The notes beneath the pieces were generated by a model. The model saw nothing but the letters and a program-made list of their open reading frames with translations, was not told the origin of the DNA and did no database searches. This document shows positions 19,996-28,932 of a stretch of 64,000 nucleotides of DNA, in pieces (within the stretch, counting starts at the first letter, position 1; every line of letters begins with the position of its first letter). This stretch comes from an uncultured bacterium (GTDB taxonomy: Bacteria > Krumholzibacteriota > Krumholzibacteriia > Krumholzibacteriales > Krumholzibacteriaceae), in NCBI GenBank assembly GCA_963786935.1, contig CAWBAN010000003.1, forward strand, positions 288,001 through 352,000, given 5' to 3'. The position numbers and the translations under genes are program-made.

Positions 19996-20430
19996 ATGTT
20001 AAAGCGAACGGCATTACTGGTTGTTGTCATGATGTGTGTCCTGGCTTCCGCCGGACTGGCGGCGGGACAGGATAATGTTCAGAAGTACTTCAACGACGCT
20101 GCGCGCGAAGTGAAGGCGGCGGCCGATCCGTCGCAGAAGCGCGAAATTCTCGACAATAAGATCGAGGATATGTCCAAGGCGCTGGGCACGGTTCGGAACT
20201 CGCGGCTCGTTTCGCAAGCCGATCGCGAGGGTCTCGATCGGCTCAACGCCTCCCTGCAGGAGAAACGGGACGAGCTCGCGGGCACGAACGGCTACGCGCG
20301 CGTTTCCGATGATCAGCTCAACGCATTCAGCGATTACGTCGTGCAGGACATGGAGCAGGCCGACCATACGATCACCATCGGCGTCGTCACGGCGCTCTTG
20401 ATCGTGATCATCATCATCCTTGTCGTCTAG
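19996..20430 (+). CDS. Hypothetical exported helical protein with C-terminal TM anchor
   Basis: Signal peptide MLKRTALLVVV; C-terminal TITIGVVTALLIVIIIILVV. Confidence 0.7.
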   Translation: MLKRTALLVVVMMCVLASAGLAAGQDNVQKYFNDAAREVKAAADPSQKREILDNKIEDMSKALGTVRNSRLVSQADREGLDRLNASLQEKRDELAGTNGYARVSDDQLNAFSDYVVQDMEQADHTITIGVVTALLIVIIIILVV

Positions 20431-20464
20431 GTTCACTCTGTTGCAAGGATTTCGTGTGATTGGA

Positions 20465-21586
20465 ATGAACAGCTGTCTTAATCGAGCTTCTGCGAGCGCC
20501 ACGCGCGGGCACTCGGCGCACGTGGCGGGCGTCGCCTGCGCGGCGCTCGCGCTGTTGTTCTTTTCGTGCGGTTCCGTCCCTCCTGCCCGCCGCGCGATCT
20601 CGGCGGGAGACGAGGGCGGGATCAGTCCGCGCTATTCGATTGTATGTATCATTCATGGCGATGGCAACTATCTCTACCATGATTCCCGCGGCGACGCGCA
20701 CAGAGCCGACGAGGTGACTCTCGCAAAAGCGATAACGGTCGCGGAACGGAATACACAGGCGGAGATGTTCATTTTTCATGAAAGAAGCAGGAAGAATCTC
20801 ATACTCTTCATCCCTCGCCGCGACGGAACGTTATATTACTACCGATACGGCCGTCTCATCGCCGAAGAATCGTACTGGCGCGATCAGGGAGAATTTCGTT
20901 TCGATCCCGAAATGGAGCTTTATGACCGCTTTCGCGCGGCGGGATCGCCTGATCCCATAAGATTATTCCTGTACTTCGGCCATGAAATCCCCGAGATCGG
21001 CGGAGCCGGCTACGACGCGTCCTACAAGAGCAGAACGTTCAGGGTGGACGATCTCGCGGACGGATTGAAGCGGGTCACGCGCGATTCCACGAAGATCGAT
21101 CTTGTCGTGCTTTCCACATGTTTCGGCGGCACGCCGCACACCATCGCCGCGCTTGCTCCGTACGCGCGATACGTCATCACCTCTCCCGACAATCTTCATC
21201 TCTCGTACTTCGATCTCCGTCCCTTGGAACAACTGGATATCGCCCTACAGAATGGAGATGTGTCCGAGTTTGCCGATACGTTCGCTCGCCATGCGTTCGA
21301 CAAGCTGACGGAAGATATCCAGACGACGGTCACGGTCGCCGTATACGATGTGGATCGCGCTCGACCGTTTCTGCGCTCCACCGACGACATCTATGATCGC
21401 GCTCTCATCGCACTGGAAGGAAAAACGCCGGCATCCATCGAGCGTTGCGATTGCGCCGAAGATGCCTCATACGTGCTGCCCGGGATGCACGAGGGAATAA
21501 CGGTGCTCTATCGCTCGCCGCGTTTCGGACGTCTGCAGCACAAAGAGAGCCACTCGGGATGGGAATGCTGGAGGGTTTTGGAATGA
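20465..21586 (+). CDS. Hypothetical exported protein, possible clan CD (clostripain/CHAT-like) cysteine peptidase fold
   Basis: Lipobox-like LFFSC; LFLYFGHE and DLVVLSTC motifs; start uncertain. Confidence 0.55.
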   Translation: MNSCLNRASASATRGHSAHVAGVACAALALLFFSCGSVPPARRAISAGDEGGISPRYSIVCIIHGDGNYLYHDSRGDAHRADEVTLAKAITVAERNTQAEMFIFHERSRKNLILFIPRRDGTLYYYRYGRLIAEESYWRDQGEFRFDPEMELYDRFRAAGSPDPIRLFLYFGHEIPEIGGAGYDASYKSRTFRVDDLADGLKRVTRDSTKIDLVVLSTCFGGTPHTIAALAPYARYVITSPDNLHLSYFDLRPLEQLDIALQNGDVSEFADTFARHAFDKLTEDIQTTVTVAVYDVDRARPFLRSTDDIYDRALIALEGKTPASIERCDCAEDASYVLPGMHEGITVLYRSPRFGRLQHKESHSGWECWRVLE

Positions 21587-21614
21587 TCGGGCAGGGAAGT
21601 GGAAGGGGCGAAAC

Positions 21615-22325
21615 GTGAGACTGACAACACATTACTATGTTCTCGCCTTGGGCGAGCGAACGAGCAGGCTTTACGAGGCGTTCCGGGAAACGCTCATCGA
21701 TATTCAAAACAAGGGATTCCCGATCGAATCGTCGGCGGGCATGCGCGGTCCCGTCGATCAGGCGACCGGAGACGGGGGATTGCGGGAATTCATTCGCACG
21801 TCCGACCGGCATTTTGATCACTATTTCAAACAGGATCCGCTTCGATTGGTCGTGGTGGGTGAGAGAAAGCACCTGTCCATTTTTGACTCCGTAACGGCGC
21901 ATCGAGACGTGTTGGCGGGCAGAGCCGAGGGGGACTATGCCGCGACTTCTACGCATGATTTGGGTAAGATCGTTTGGGCGATCGTCAAGAAGGTTTTGGC
22001 TGGTACCGGCCAGAGAGCGATGTGTGACCTGGAAGCGGCAGAAGGCAGGCAGAACGTCGTATCCGGAATCGATGCGGTGGCGCATGTGGCGGGCTCCGGG
22101 ACGGGCGGCACCTTGTTTGTCGACGAAGATTATCATGTGAAGGGCGGCATTCGCGAAACGGATCATTCGCTCATCGGGGCGGATAATTTGGACATACAGG
22201 AGAGTGTCGATGATGCAGTAGATGCCATCATCGCAAAGGTGTTGGGAAAAGATGGAAACGTGGTTTTCCGGGCAGGCGGCTCATTGGAGCGGTTTCATAG
22301 AATCGCTCTCGTTGCCGCCGGCTGA
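21615..22325 (+). CDS. baeRF3-like (bacterial archaeo-eukaryotic release factor family) domain protein, short form
   Basis: YYVLALGE...RLYEAFRETL...GFP; PLRLVVVG; TLFVDEDY; DDAVDAIIAKVLGKDGNVVF. Confidence 0.65.
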   Translation: MRLTTHYYVLALGERTSRLYEAFRETLIDIQNKGFPIESSAGMRGPVDQATGDGGLREFIRTSDRHFDHYFKQDPLRLVVVGERKHLSIFDSVTAHRDVLAGRAEGDYAATSTHDLGKIVWAIVKKVLAGTGQRAMCDLEAAEGRQNVVSGIDAVAHVAGSGTGGTLFVDEDYHVKGGIRETDHSLIGADNLDIQESVDDAVDAIIAKVLGKDGNVVFRAGGSLERFHRIALVAAG

Positions 22326-22369
22326 TTGCTCAACTGCAGAAAACATATCGATGCGGAGGAGGTTTGAAA

Positions 22370-22516
22370 ATGCTTTGGACCATAGGAGTCATACTATTGA
22401 TTCTCTGGTTGCTCGGGTTGATCACCGCGCACACATTTGGCGGAATCATTCACGTTCTCTTGGTTATCGCGCTCGTGGTGATAGTCATTCGTCTTCTTCA
22501 AGGTCGGCGCATATAG
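22370..22516 (+). CDS. lmo0937-family small membrane protein (48 aa, not in ORF track)
   Basis: SD GGAGGAGG; MLWTIGVILLILWLLGLITAHTFGGIIHVLLVIALVVIVIRLLQGRRI. Confidence 0.9.
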   Translation: MLWTIGVILLILWLLGLITAHTFGGIIHVLLVIALVVIVIRLLQGRRI

Positions 22517-22617
22517 CGCCGCCGGGAAAGCCGTCGCGCCACGGCGCGACGGGCCGGCGCAGTCGTTGCTGCCGGGAACTTGTTCGCCCCGTAGTCTTTT
22601 ATCATGGAGGATATGAC

Positions 22618-23265
22618 ATGAGGATTTCTCGAATCATTCGAATCGTTCTTGCCGCCGCTCTCGGCCTGTGTTTCGCGCTGCCGTCCGCGGCTCAGTATAT
22701 CGGGGTCCTGCAGTCCGCTGAGACGATGGAACGCGGCACCTTCAAGCTCATGGCTGCCCCGATCATGGTATTCGGCAAGGAAGGATCAGACGATGAGCTC
22801 GGGCTCGCGCTTCGCGGAGGTTACGCGTTCACCGAGCACTTCGACGCCGAAGCCAAGCTGGGCTTCTTCGATAATGGTACGTTCATCGGGGTGGACGGCG
22901 AGTATTGGATCTATCGGGGATCGGAACAGGACAGGACGACCGGCTTCGATTTCTCGTTGACGGGAGGCCTCCACTACATAGTCGCGAGCGATAACGGTCT
23001 CGACGTCATGGGGCTCGAGATCACGCCGGAGCTGAGCGGGCATATAACCCCGAACCTGGAGCTGTATGCCGCTCTGGATGTCTCGCTCGAGTCGATCCAG
23101 GATGCCCCGCCGATGGCCGACGATTCGTTCACGAGATTGCACCTCGTGCCCGGAATCGAGTATCGCCTGTCCGATACATTTGACCTGATCGCCGAGTTCG
23201 GTATCGGGCTCAACGACGACTCGTTCCATTATGTGGGCGCCGGCATCGCTTTCTATATCCGCTGA
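22618..23265 (+). CDS. Probable outer-membrane beta-barrel protein
   Basis: SD GGAGG; signal peptide ending PSAA; beta-strand pattern; C-terminal YVGAGIAFYIR. Confidence 0.7.
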   Translation: MRISRIIRIVLAAALGLCFALPSAAQYIGVLQSAETMERGTFKLMAAPIMVFGKEGSDDELGLALRGGYAFTEHFDAEAKLGFFDNGTFIGVDGEYWIYRGSEQDRTTGFDFSLTGGLHYIVASDNGLDVMGLEITPELSGHITPNLELYAALDVSLESIQDAPPMADDSFTRLHLVPGIEYRLSDTFDLIAEFGIGLNDDSFHYVGAGIAFYIR

Positions 23266-23285
23266 TAATGAGGGGAGATGATTCG

Positions 23286-23507
23286 ATGAGCACGGTAAGG
23301 ATTACGGCAATCGTATTGATCGTGGCCGGCATCATCGGTCTCGTGTATGGCAAGTTCGGCTACATCAAGGAGACCCACAAAGCCGATCTGGGTTCGATTC
23401 AGCTTTCGGTTCAGGAAAAGCACTCTGTCAACGTCCCCCTCTGGGCCGGCGTGGGGATGATAGTGCTCGGCGGCGCTCTTTTGGTCATGCCGCGCAAGAA
23501 GAGCTAG
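23286..23507 (+). CDS. Small two-TM membrane protein (DUF3185-like)
   Basis: IVLIVAGIIGLVYG...ADLGSIQLSV...VPLWAGVGMIVLGGALL. Confidence 0.75.
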   Translation: MSTVRITAIVLIVAGIIGLVYGKFGYIKETHKADLGSIQLSVQEKHSVNVPLWAGVGMIVLGGALLVMPRKKS

Positions 23508-23633
23508 CTCTTGTATTGCTTCCCTGCTATATTTTTGCCGGACCAACAGTGTCGAGGTGTGCCAGGATCTCGATCGCATCGTAATCCCGGCGCTGCAGCG
23601 AGTGATGTATTTCTTGAGTCGGGAGGGCGTTTG

Positions 23634-24776
23634 ATGAAGAAGTGCGCCGCACCATTGATTTCGATGTGTCTCGCGCTGATGCTCGCCGTCCCGGCGGCTT
23701 TCGCGGCGAGCCGGACGAGCCCGCTGATCATCGACCATACGTGTACCAGCCTCGGCGGAATTCCGCCGGCCCGGATTGATTCTGCGCAGGCTGCCATGAA
23801 GTGGCAATATGCGAGCACTTCGGATGGTGAGCAGATTCGGTATGGGCTTGATTCTCTTGAATTGTGGTCTTCAGCCTATGATGTGGAGTTGGGGGAGAAG
23901 TACTTGCCTGGCGTGGCTGGCGCTCTGAACAATTTCTTTGGCAATGAAGCCACGACGTATGTCGAGCCGGAGCAGTACTGGGCGACGGCCGAGGGGATGG
24001 ACTTGACGCGCGACGTATTGCGCCGCAATCCCACGATCAACGTTTCGACTTTTGCGTGGTGCACGCAGCTGTCGAGCGCGGATGAAGCATACGTGCAGGC
24101 GTATCTCGATTCGATGACGAAGCTCGAGCAGGAGTTTCCCGGCGTGACCTTCGTCTATATGACGAGCAACGCGCGGTCGGAAGGCGCAGCGGAGAATCGG
24201 TCTCTCAGAAACAAACAGATACGGGATTACTGCATCGCCAACAACAAGGTGCTCTATGATTTCGAGGAGCTTGACTGCTCGTGGTTCAATCCCGATACCC
24301 AGCTGTGGGAGTATTACACCATCACGGATTATTGGGGCGATGTATGGCCGGTTCGACATCCGCAGTACGCCCTGGAAGAAATAATCGCTCATACGACCTG
24401 GGAAAACTGCAGACAGAAGGCGAAGGCCATGTGGTGGCTCATGGCGCGCCTCGCCGGCTGGGACGAAGCGACTACCGGCGTCGATGGCGCCGCGACGCCT
24501 CCCACCTCTCTAGCCCAGAACTTCCCCAATCCGTTCAACCCGGCGACGAGAATCTCGTTCGAGCTGAGTGAGCCGGCGAGCGTCTCGCTCAGGATCTACG
24601 ACGCGACGGGGCGCCTCGTGCGCGTCCTCGCCGAGGGCGACCGCGCCGCAGGCACCCATGCGGAGCTCTGGGACGGCAGGAATGGCGGCGGCGCCTCCGT
24701 CGCGAGCGGGATCTATTTTTGCCGGCTCACCGCAGGGGCGTTCAGCGAAACTCGCAAGATGATCCTCGTGAAGTAG
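23634..24776 (+). CDS. Secreted protein, uncharacterised hydrolase-like domain + FlgD-Ig/T9SS-type tail
   Basis: Signal peptide; IIDHTCT...FAWC...YLDSMTKLEQEFPGVTFVYMT...RNKQIRDYC; tail LAQNFPNPFNP...ASGIYFCRL...KMILVK. Confidence 0.75.
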   Translation: MKKCAAPLISMCLALMLAVPAAFAASRTSPLIIDHTCTSLGGIPPARIDSAQAAMKWQYASTSDGEQIRYGLDSLELWSSAYDVELGEKYLPGVAGALNNFFGNEATTYVEPEQYWATAEGMDLTRDVLRRNPTINVSTFAWCTQLSSADEAYVQAYLDSMTKLEQEFPGVTFVYMTSNARSEGAAENRSLRNKQIRDYCIANNKVLYDFEELDCSWFNPDTQLWEYYTITDYWGDVWPVRHPQYALEEIIAHTTWENCRQKAKAMWWLMARLAGWDEATTGVDGAATPPTSLAQNFPNPFNPATRISFELSEPASVSLRIYDATGRLVRVLAEGDRAAGTHAELWDGRNGGGASVASGIYFCRLTAGAFSETRKMILVK

Positions 24777-24821
24777 GCGCTCCGCGAAAACGGATCATAA
24801 CGGGAAGGTGCGGACCAAGTT

Positions 24822-24956
24822 GCCCGCGCCACGAGAAGTCCGAAATACAAAGACCGCGAGGTGAACGCCGGAGACGTGCATGACGCGACCCTGAGCGCCC
24901 TCGGCCGCGCCTATGCCATCGTGGTCGACACCGAAACGTTTTGTGCGACCGGTTGA
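24822..24956 (+). pseudogene. Remnant 3' fragment of a cysteine hydrolase gene (diverged copy of 10141-10275)
   Basis: Translates ARATRSPKYKDREVNAGDVHDATLSALGRAYAIVVDTETFCATG*; 31/44 aa identical to the C-terminus of 9667-10281, ungapped; no start or 5' part. Confidence 0.85.
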
Positions 24957-24998
24957 GCGTCTCTCGAGCGAGCAGGAGTGGCGTGCCGTAGGCGCGGT

Positions 24999-27209
24999 CT
25001 AGCGCGCGAGTATCATCTTCTTCGAATCCCCGCCCGTGCCGGTGTCGAGCCGGCAGATGTACACACCCGATGCGACCGCCCGGCCCCGGCTATCCAATCC
25101 GTTCCAGACGAGGCGATGGCGGCCGGCTTCGAATGAGCCGTCGGCGAGCGTCGCGACGCGCCGTCCGAGAACGTCGTATATTTCCACGCGGACGCGGCCT
25201 CGAGCGGCCAGATCGAACGCGACGACGGTCGACGGATTGAAGGGATTCGGGTAGTTCGAGAGAATCGCCGTGCGCGCGGGAAGCGGGAGCACGGAGGCGT
25301 CCGTGACGGCGGGACGCCGGATCTCGTTCATGAACCACTGCGCGCCCTCGGCGGATATCGTGACGTGCTCCTGATTCGTCGAGGGGAAATAGATCGTGTC
25401 GAACGGCGTGTGCGTCATGACGGCGGGATCCCCGTCGATGTCGTACCACAGGTCATCGGTGTCGAGGTCGAGGGCGCTGATCGTCGGAATGAAGCAGTGG
25501 TTCGGATGCAAAGCGACGATGTCGCCGTAGGGCGCCTGTGTCGTATCCATCTGATACATCGAGTTCCGCCATCCGCCCGGCGCGCCGTCGAGGGGGCGCG
25601 TGCCCGATGCCGTGACCTGCATGGATCGGTCGGGGAACGGCCAGATGAGGTTGATCAGGCCGTTGAAGATCATCGTGCTCGTTCCGTTCGGCACCGCCCA
25701 GACGTTGCCCGTCATGTCGACGAGGAAGCTCTCGTACTCGTAGCGGATGAGCTGCGCGCCCGGCGCAAATCCCTGATCCGCGCCGGCGCCGCTCCCGTTC
25801 GCCACCGCGACGAGGCGCGGTTCCTGCGGGTAGCCGCCTGCCGCGGCGAGATCGGCGAGAAACGCCGCGCGCAGCGGATCCGCCGCGGGGCCCGGGGACG
25901 GCGGATCGGTATGGTGGTAGAGGAGCATCTGCCGGGCCGCCGGCGTGTCGAGCCGCGAGAGGAGAAAGGCCGCCGACTCCGACTCGCTCGCGAAGAACTG
26001 CATCCAGTATTGCACGCCGAGGGGGATATTCGCGCCCCGCTGGGGACCGTCGAACGAAATGAAGGCGCGTGCGCGATGCCCGATCCCCTCATGTTCCATG
26101 TAGGCGAGCGCATAGCGCCCGGCGAGCCCGCCCATGCTTGCGCCGACGAGCGCGACGTCCGTCGCCGGATCGATCATGCCGAGGACCTGCTGGACGAGCT
26201 CGACGATCGCGTACGCGTTCCGCTGCATATAATCGGTCGCATCCGTGAAATTGAGGAGGACGAGATCGTACCCTTCCGCGGCGAGCGAGTCGGCGAGGCC
26301 CTGCTGGTTCAGGAGCTGGAAGAGCTCGTCCCAGTTCATCGTGTTGTCGAGATCGAAGCCCTCGATCACGATGACCGGGTCCGTGATCTGCGCGTTGAGC
26401 GGGGAGAGGCGGACGTATGCTTCTCCGGTGCCCGCCGTGCCGCCGTACGGGATCGAGGCGGTGACAGCGAGCGTGTCGTCCGGAAGCGGCGTTTCGAGAT
26501 GCTCGACGTGGAACGGGAACGCGGCCGTGAGTGTCGTGCCGTCATCGAGCGTTGCGCGGAGCGAGATGCGCTTCGCGCCCGCGCTCGTGTAGAAAACGAC
26601 CGCGTCGGCTCCCGGCTCGATCGTCCGCGCGCCCGCGCCGTCGTCGAAATCGGCCTCGATCGATCCAAGCGCCGCGCCGTCGTTCGTCACGTACCAGCGG
26701 TCGTCGAACGAAAACACGACGCGCGCCCCCCGGTGCGTGCGCTCTCGCAGCGCGCAGGCGGCGAATGCCCGTGCGGCGCGATACGGATTCCCGCCCGTTT
26801 CCTCGACACGGCCGCCGCGCACCGCGAGAAGCCCGCGCTCGAAGGCGTCTTCCCGAATGCGGTCGTATCGCATGTTGAGCATGGCGACGGGGACGCGCTC
26901 CGCTCCCGCGGCCTCGAGCGCGCCGGCGCGAAACGCGCGGAAGGGCGCGAGCGGCGTTTCGTCCGCCGCGCGCCGGAGCTCGTCGTAGATCTGCCCCCAG
27001 AGCGCCGTGCCCGCGGCGAACCTGTCCGACCGACCGTCAAAGCGTTCGATTCCCGAAAGGGGCAGCACGCGATCGTAGAGAATGCCGGACTGAGTCCCGG
27101 CGCCCGCGAGGAGCGCGCGCATATCGGCGGGTGTATCGGGAGCTGCCGCGGCCGGCGGCCCGGCGGCGAGAATGGCGAACGCAATCAGCGGTACGGCGAA
27201 ACGGCGCAT
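24999..27209 (-). CDS. Secreted alpha/beta-hydrolase (lipase/esterase-like) + FlgD-Ig/T9SS-type tail
   Basis: GILYDRV, VIEGFD, GASMGG nucleophile, SFDGPQRGANIPLG, NQEH; tail NYPNPFNP...ASGVYICRL. Confidence 0.85.
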   Translation of the reverse strand: MRRFAVPLIAFAILAAGPPAAAAPDTPADMRALLAGAGTQSGILYDRVLPLSGIERFDGRSDRFAAGTALWGQIYDELRRAADETPLAPFRAFRAGALEAAGAERVPVAMLNMRYDRIREDAFERGLLAVRGGRVEETGGNPYRAARAFAACALRERTHRGARVVFSFDDRWYVTNDGAALGSIEADFDDGAGARTIEPGADAVVFYTSAGAKRISLRATLDDGTTLTAAFPFHVEHLETPLPDDTLAVTASIPYGGTAGTGEAYVRLSPLNAQITDPVIVIEGFDLDNTMNWDELFQLLNQQGLADSLAAEGYDLVLLNFTDATDYMQRNAYAIVELVQQVLGMIDPATDVALVGASMGGLAGRYALAYMEHEGIGHRARAFISFDGPQRGANIPLGVQYWMQFFASESESAAFLLSRLDTPAARQMLLYHHTDPPSPGPAADPLRAAFLADLAAAGGYPQEPRLVAVANGSGAGADQGFAPGAQLIRYEYESFLVDMTGNVWAVPNGTSTMIFNGLINLIWPFPDRSMQVTASGTRPLDGAPGGWRNSMYQMDTTQAPYGDIVALHPNHCFIPTISALDLDTDDLWYDIDGDPAVMTHTPFDTIYFPSTNQEHVTISAEGAQWFMNEIRRPAVTDASVLPLPARTAILSNYPNPFNPSTVVAFDLAARGRVRVEIYDVLGRRVATLADGSFEAGRHRLVWNGLDSRGRAVASGVYICRLDTGTGGDSKKMILAR

Positions 27210-27244
27210 GTTGTCCCCTCCTTGCGGCGTAACGATATGCTTCC

Positions 27245-27255
27245 ATTATAGCACA
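27245..27255 (-). promoter_or_regulatory. Extended -10 promoter for the lipase gene
   Basis: TGTGC-TATAAT on the minus strand about 35 nt upstream of the ATG; SD AAGGAGG. Confidence 0.6.
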
Positions 27256-27333
27256 GGGGGAGCGATTTCGAAACGAAGTGAGCGCGGGCACGCACGTGCG
27301 CCGGAGGAGCCGGTCGCGCGGAAGCGGCTGCGA

Positions 27334-27753
27334 TCAGGCGGAATTCGTCGGCTGCTTCTTCGGCGCCGCGTCCGCTTTCACCTGCGCGAGCAGCCACTGC
27401 CGCGCTTCCTCGACCGTGTGGAAGATGCGCACGTCTATTCCCATGCCGACGGCCACGTTGACGCCGAATTCGTTCTTGATGTAATCGTGCTCGGAATTCG
27501 CGTCAACGTAAGCGATCCGCTTCACGTCGCGCTCGGCGTGCTCGCTCGACAGCGAAACGACGTCGAAGATCTTCTTCAGATCGAGGCTGGGCCCCTTCAG
27601 ATTCTCCTCGATGAGAACCACGGGGCATTTGCGCCGGGCGCAGGTCTCCCGAACCTTCATCAGGTACTCGAAAATGGTCTCGGGCCGATTCTCACCCGTA
27701 GCGGTCACGTGGAGATACCCCTCCTTCTCCTCGACTTGAAAAGTGAGAGCCAT
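27334..27753 (-). CDS. Hypothetical protein (STAS/SpoIIAA-like fold possible)
   Basis: ORF with SD AAGGAGG; RIAYVD...VAVGMGIDVRIFHTVEEARQWL. Confidence 0.6.
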   Translation of the reverse strand: MALTFQVEEKEGYLHVTATGENRPETIFEYLMKVRETCARRKCPVVLIEENLKGPSLDLKKIFDVVSLSSEHAERDVKRIAYVDANSEHDYIKNEFGVNVAVGMGIDVRIFHTVEEARQWLLAQVKADAAPKKQPTNSA

Positions 27754-27853
27754 AAGGGCAGCCTCCTTGTGAACGCTTTGATCCGCAGCGAGGTGAGCGA
27801 TTCCTATGATAGGGCAAACCGGCGCAATTTGAAATGGTTATTTTCGACTGGCT

Positions 27854-28906
27854 CTATTCCTGCGGCCTGACGATCACCTTGATCGATTTTCGCCCGTCCG
27901 CCACGAGGTGAAAGCCGCGCGCCGTCTCTTCGAGCGGCAGGCGGTGGGTGATCATGTCGTTCACCTCGACGCGGCGGGCCCGGAGGAGTTCGATCGCCCG
28001 CGCGGTGTCGACGGGAGGGGCCGCGTAGGTCGCTACGATCGAGATCTGGTCGCGCCAGACCTCGGCGAGCGGGAACGGCACGGTCGTTCCCGGCGCGTGC
28101 GGCGCGAAGAGGAGCACCGTCCCGCCGCGGTCGACCGAGCGGAACGCCTGCTCGACGACGCTCTCCGTCCCGGCGCACGTGACGACGAGATCGAAGAGCC
28201 GGCCGTCGTTCAACGACGCGAGCTTCTGCGGCGCGGCGTTCTTCGCCGGGAGCGCGGCGTCGGCTCCGAAGCGCTTCGCCGCGGCGAGCCGGAAGTTGTC
28301 GATGTCGGTCGAGACGATCGTCCCCGCCCCGAGCGCGGCGAGCGCCTTGATGAAGAGGAGCCCCGAGATGCCGCTCCCGAGGACGAGCGCGCTCGCGCCC
28401 GGCCGGAACCGCGCGACGCCGAGGCCCCGCAGGACGCACGCGAGCGGCTCGATGAACGTTCCCTCGTCGAAGGATATCTCGTCGGGTATGACGAAGGTGC
28501 CCCGGTCGACGTTGATCGCCGGCACGCGGACGTATTCGCAGAATCCGCCCGGATCGAAGTTCGTCGTGCGGAGCGTGTCGCAGAGGGAGTACTGCCCGGC
28601 GAGGCAGTATCGGCAGGCGTTGCACGGCACGTGGTGCGCGGCCGTGACGCGGTCGCCTTCGCGGAACCGCTTCACGTTCTTCCCGGCCTTCGCGACGATG
28701 CCCGCGATCTCGTGCCCGAGCACGAGGGGCGCCTTCGCGAGGCGGTACCACTCCATCACGTCGCTGCCGCAGATGCCGCTCGATTCGATGCGGATGAGGA
28801 GCTCGTCGTCCCCCGTCTTCGGGATCGGCCGCTCCTCGATGCGGACGTCCTGATTGCTGTAATAGACCGCCGCGCGCATCGTTTCCCGCTTCGGCTGTTT
28901 CTTCAT
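27854..28906 (-). CDS. Zinc-dependent polyol/sugar dehydrogenase (MDR family)
   Basis: GICGSD, LGHEIAG, CNACRYC...C structural Zn, EPLAC, GSGISG; start 28906 or 28879. Confidence 0.9.
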   Translation of the reverse strand: MKKQPKRETMRAAVYYSNQDVRIEERPIPKTGDDELLIRIESSGICGSDVMEWYRLAKAPLVLGHEIAGIVAKAGKNVKRFREGDRVTAAHHVPCNACRYCLAGQYSLCDTLRTTNFDPGGFCEYVRVPAINVDRGTFVIPDEISFDEGTFIEPLACVLRGLGVARFRPGASALVLGSGISGLLFIKALAALGAGTIVSTDIDNFRLAAAKRFGADAALPAKNAAPQKLASLNDGRLFDLVVTCAGTESVVEQAFRSVDRGGTVLLFAPHAPGTTVPFPLAEVWRDQISIVATYAAPPVDTARAIELLRARRVEVNDMITHRLPLEETARGFHLVADGRKSIKVIVRPQE

Positions 28907-28932
28907 GGGAAGGCGCCTCCCGCGCGGCGGCG

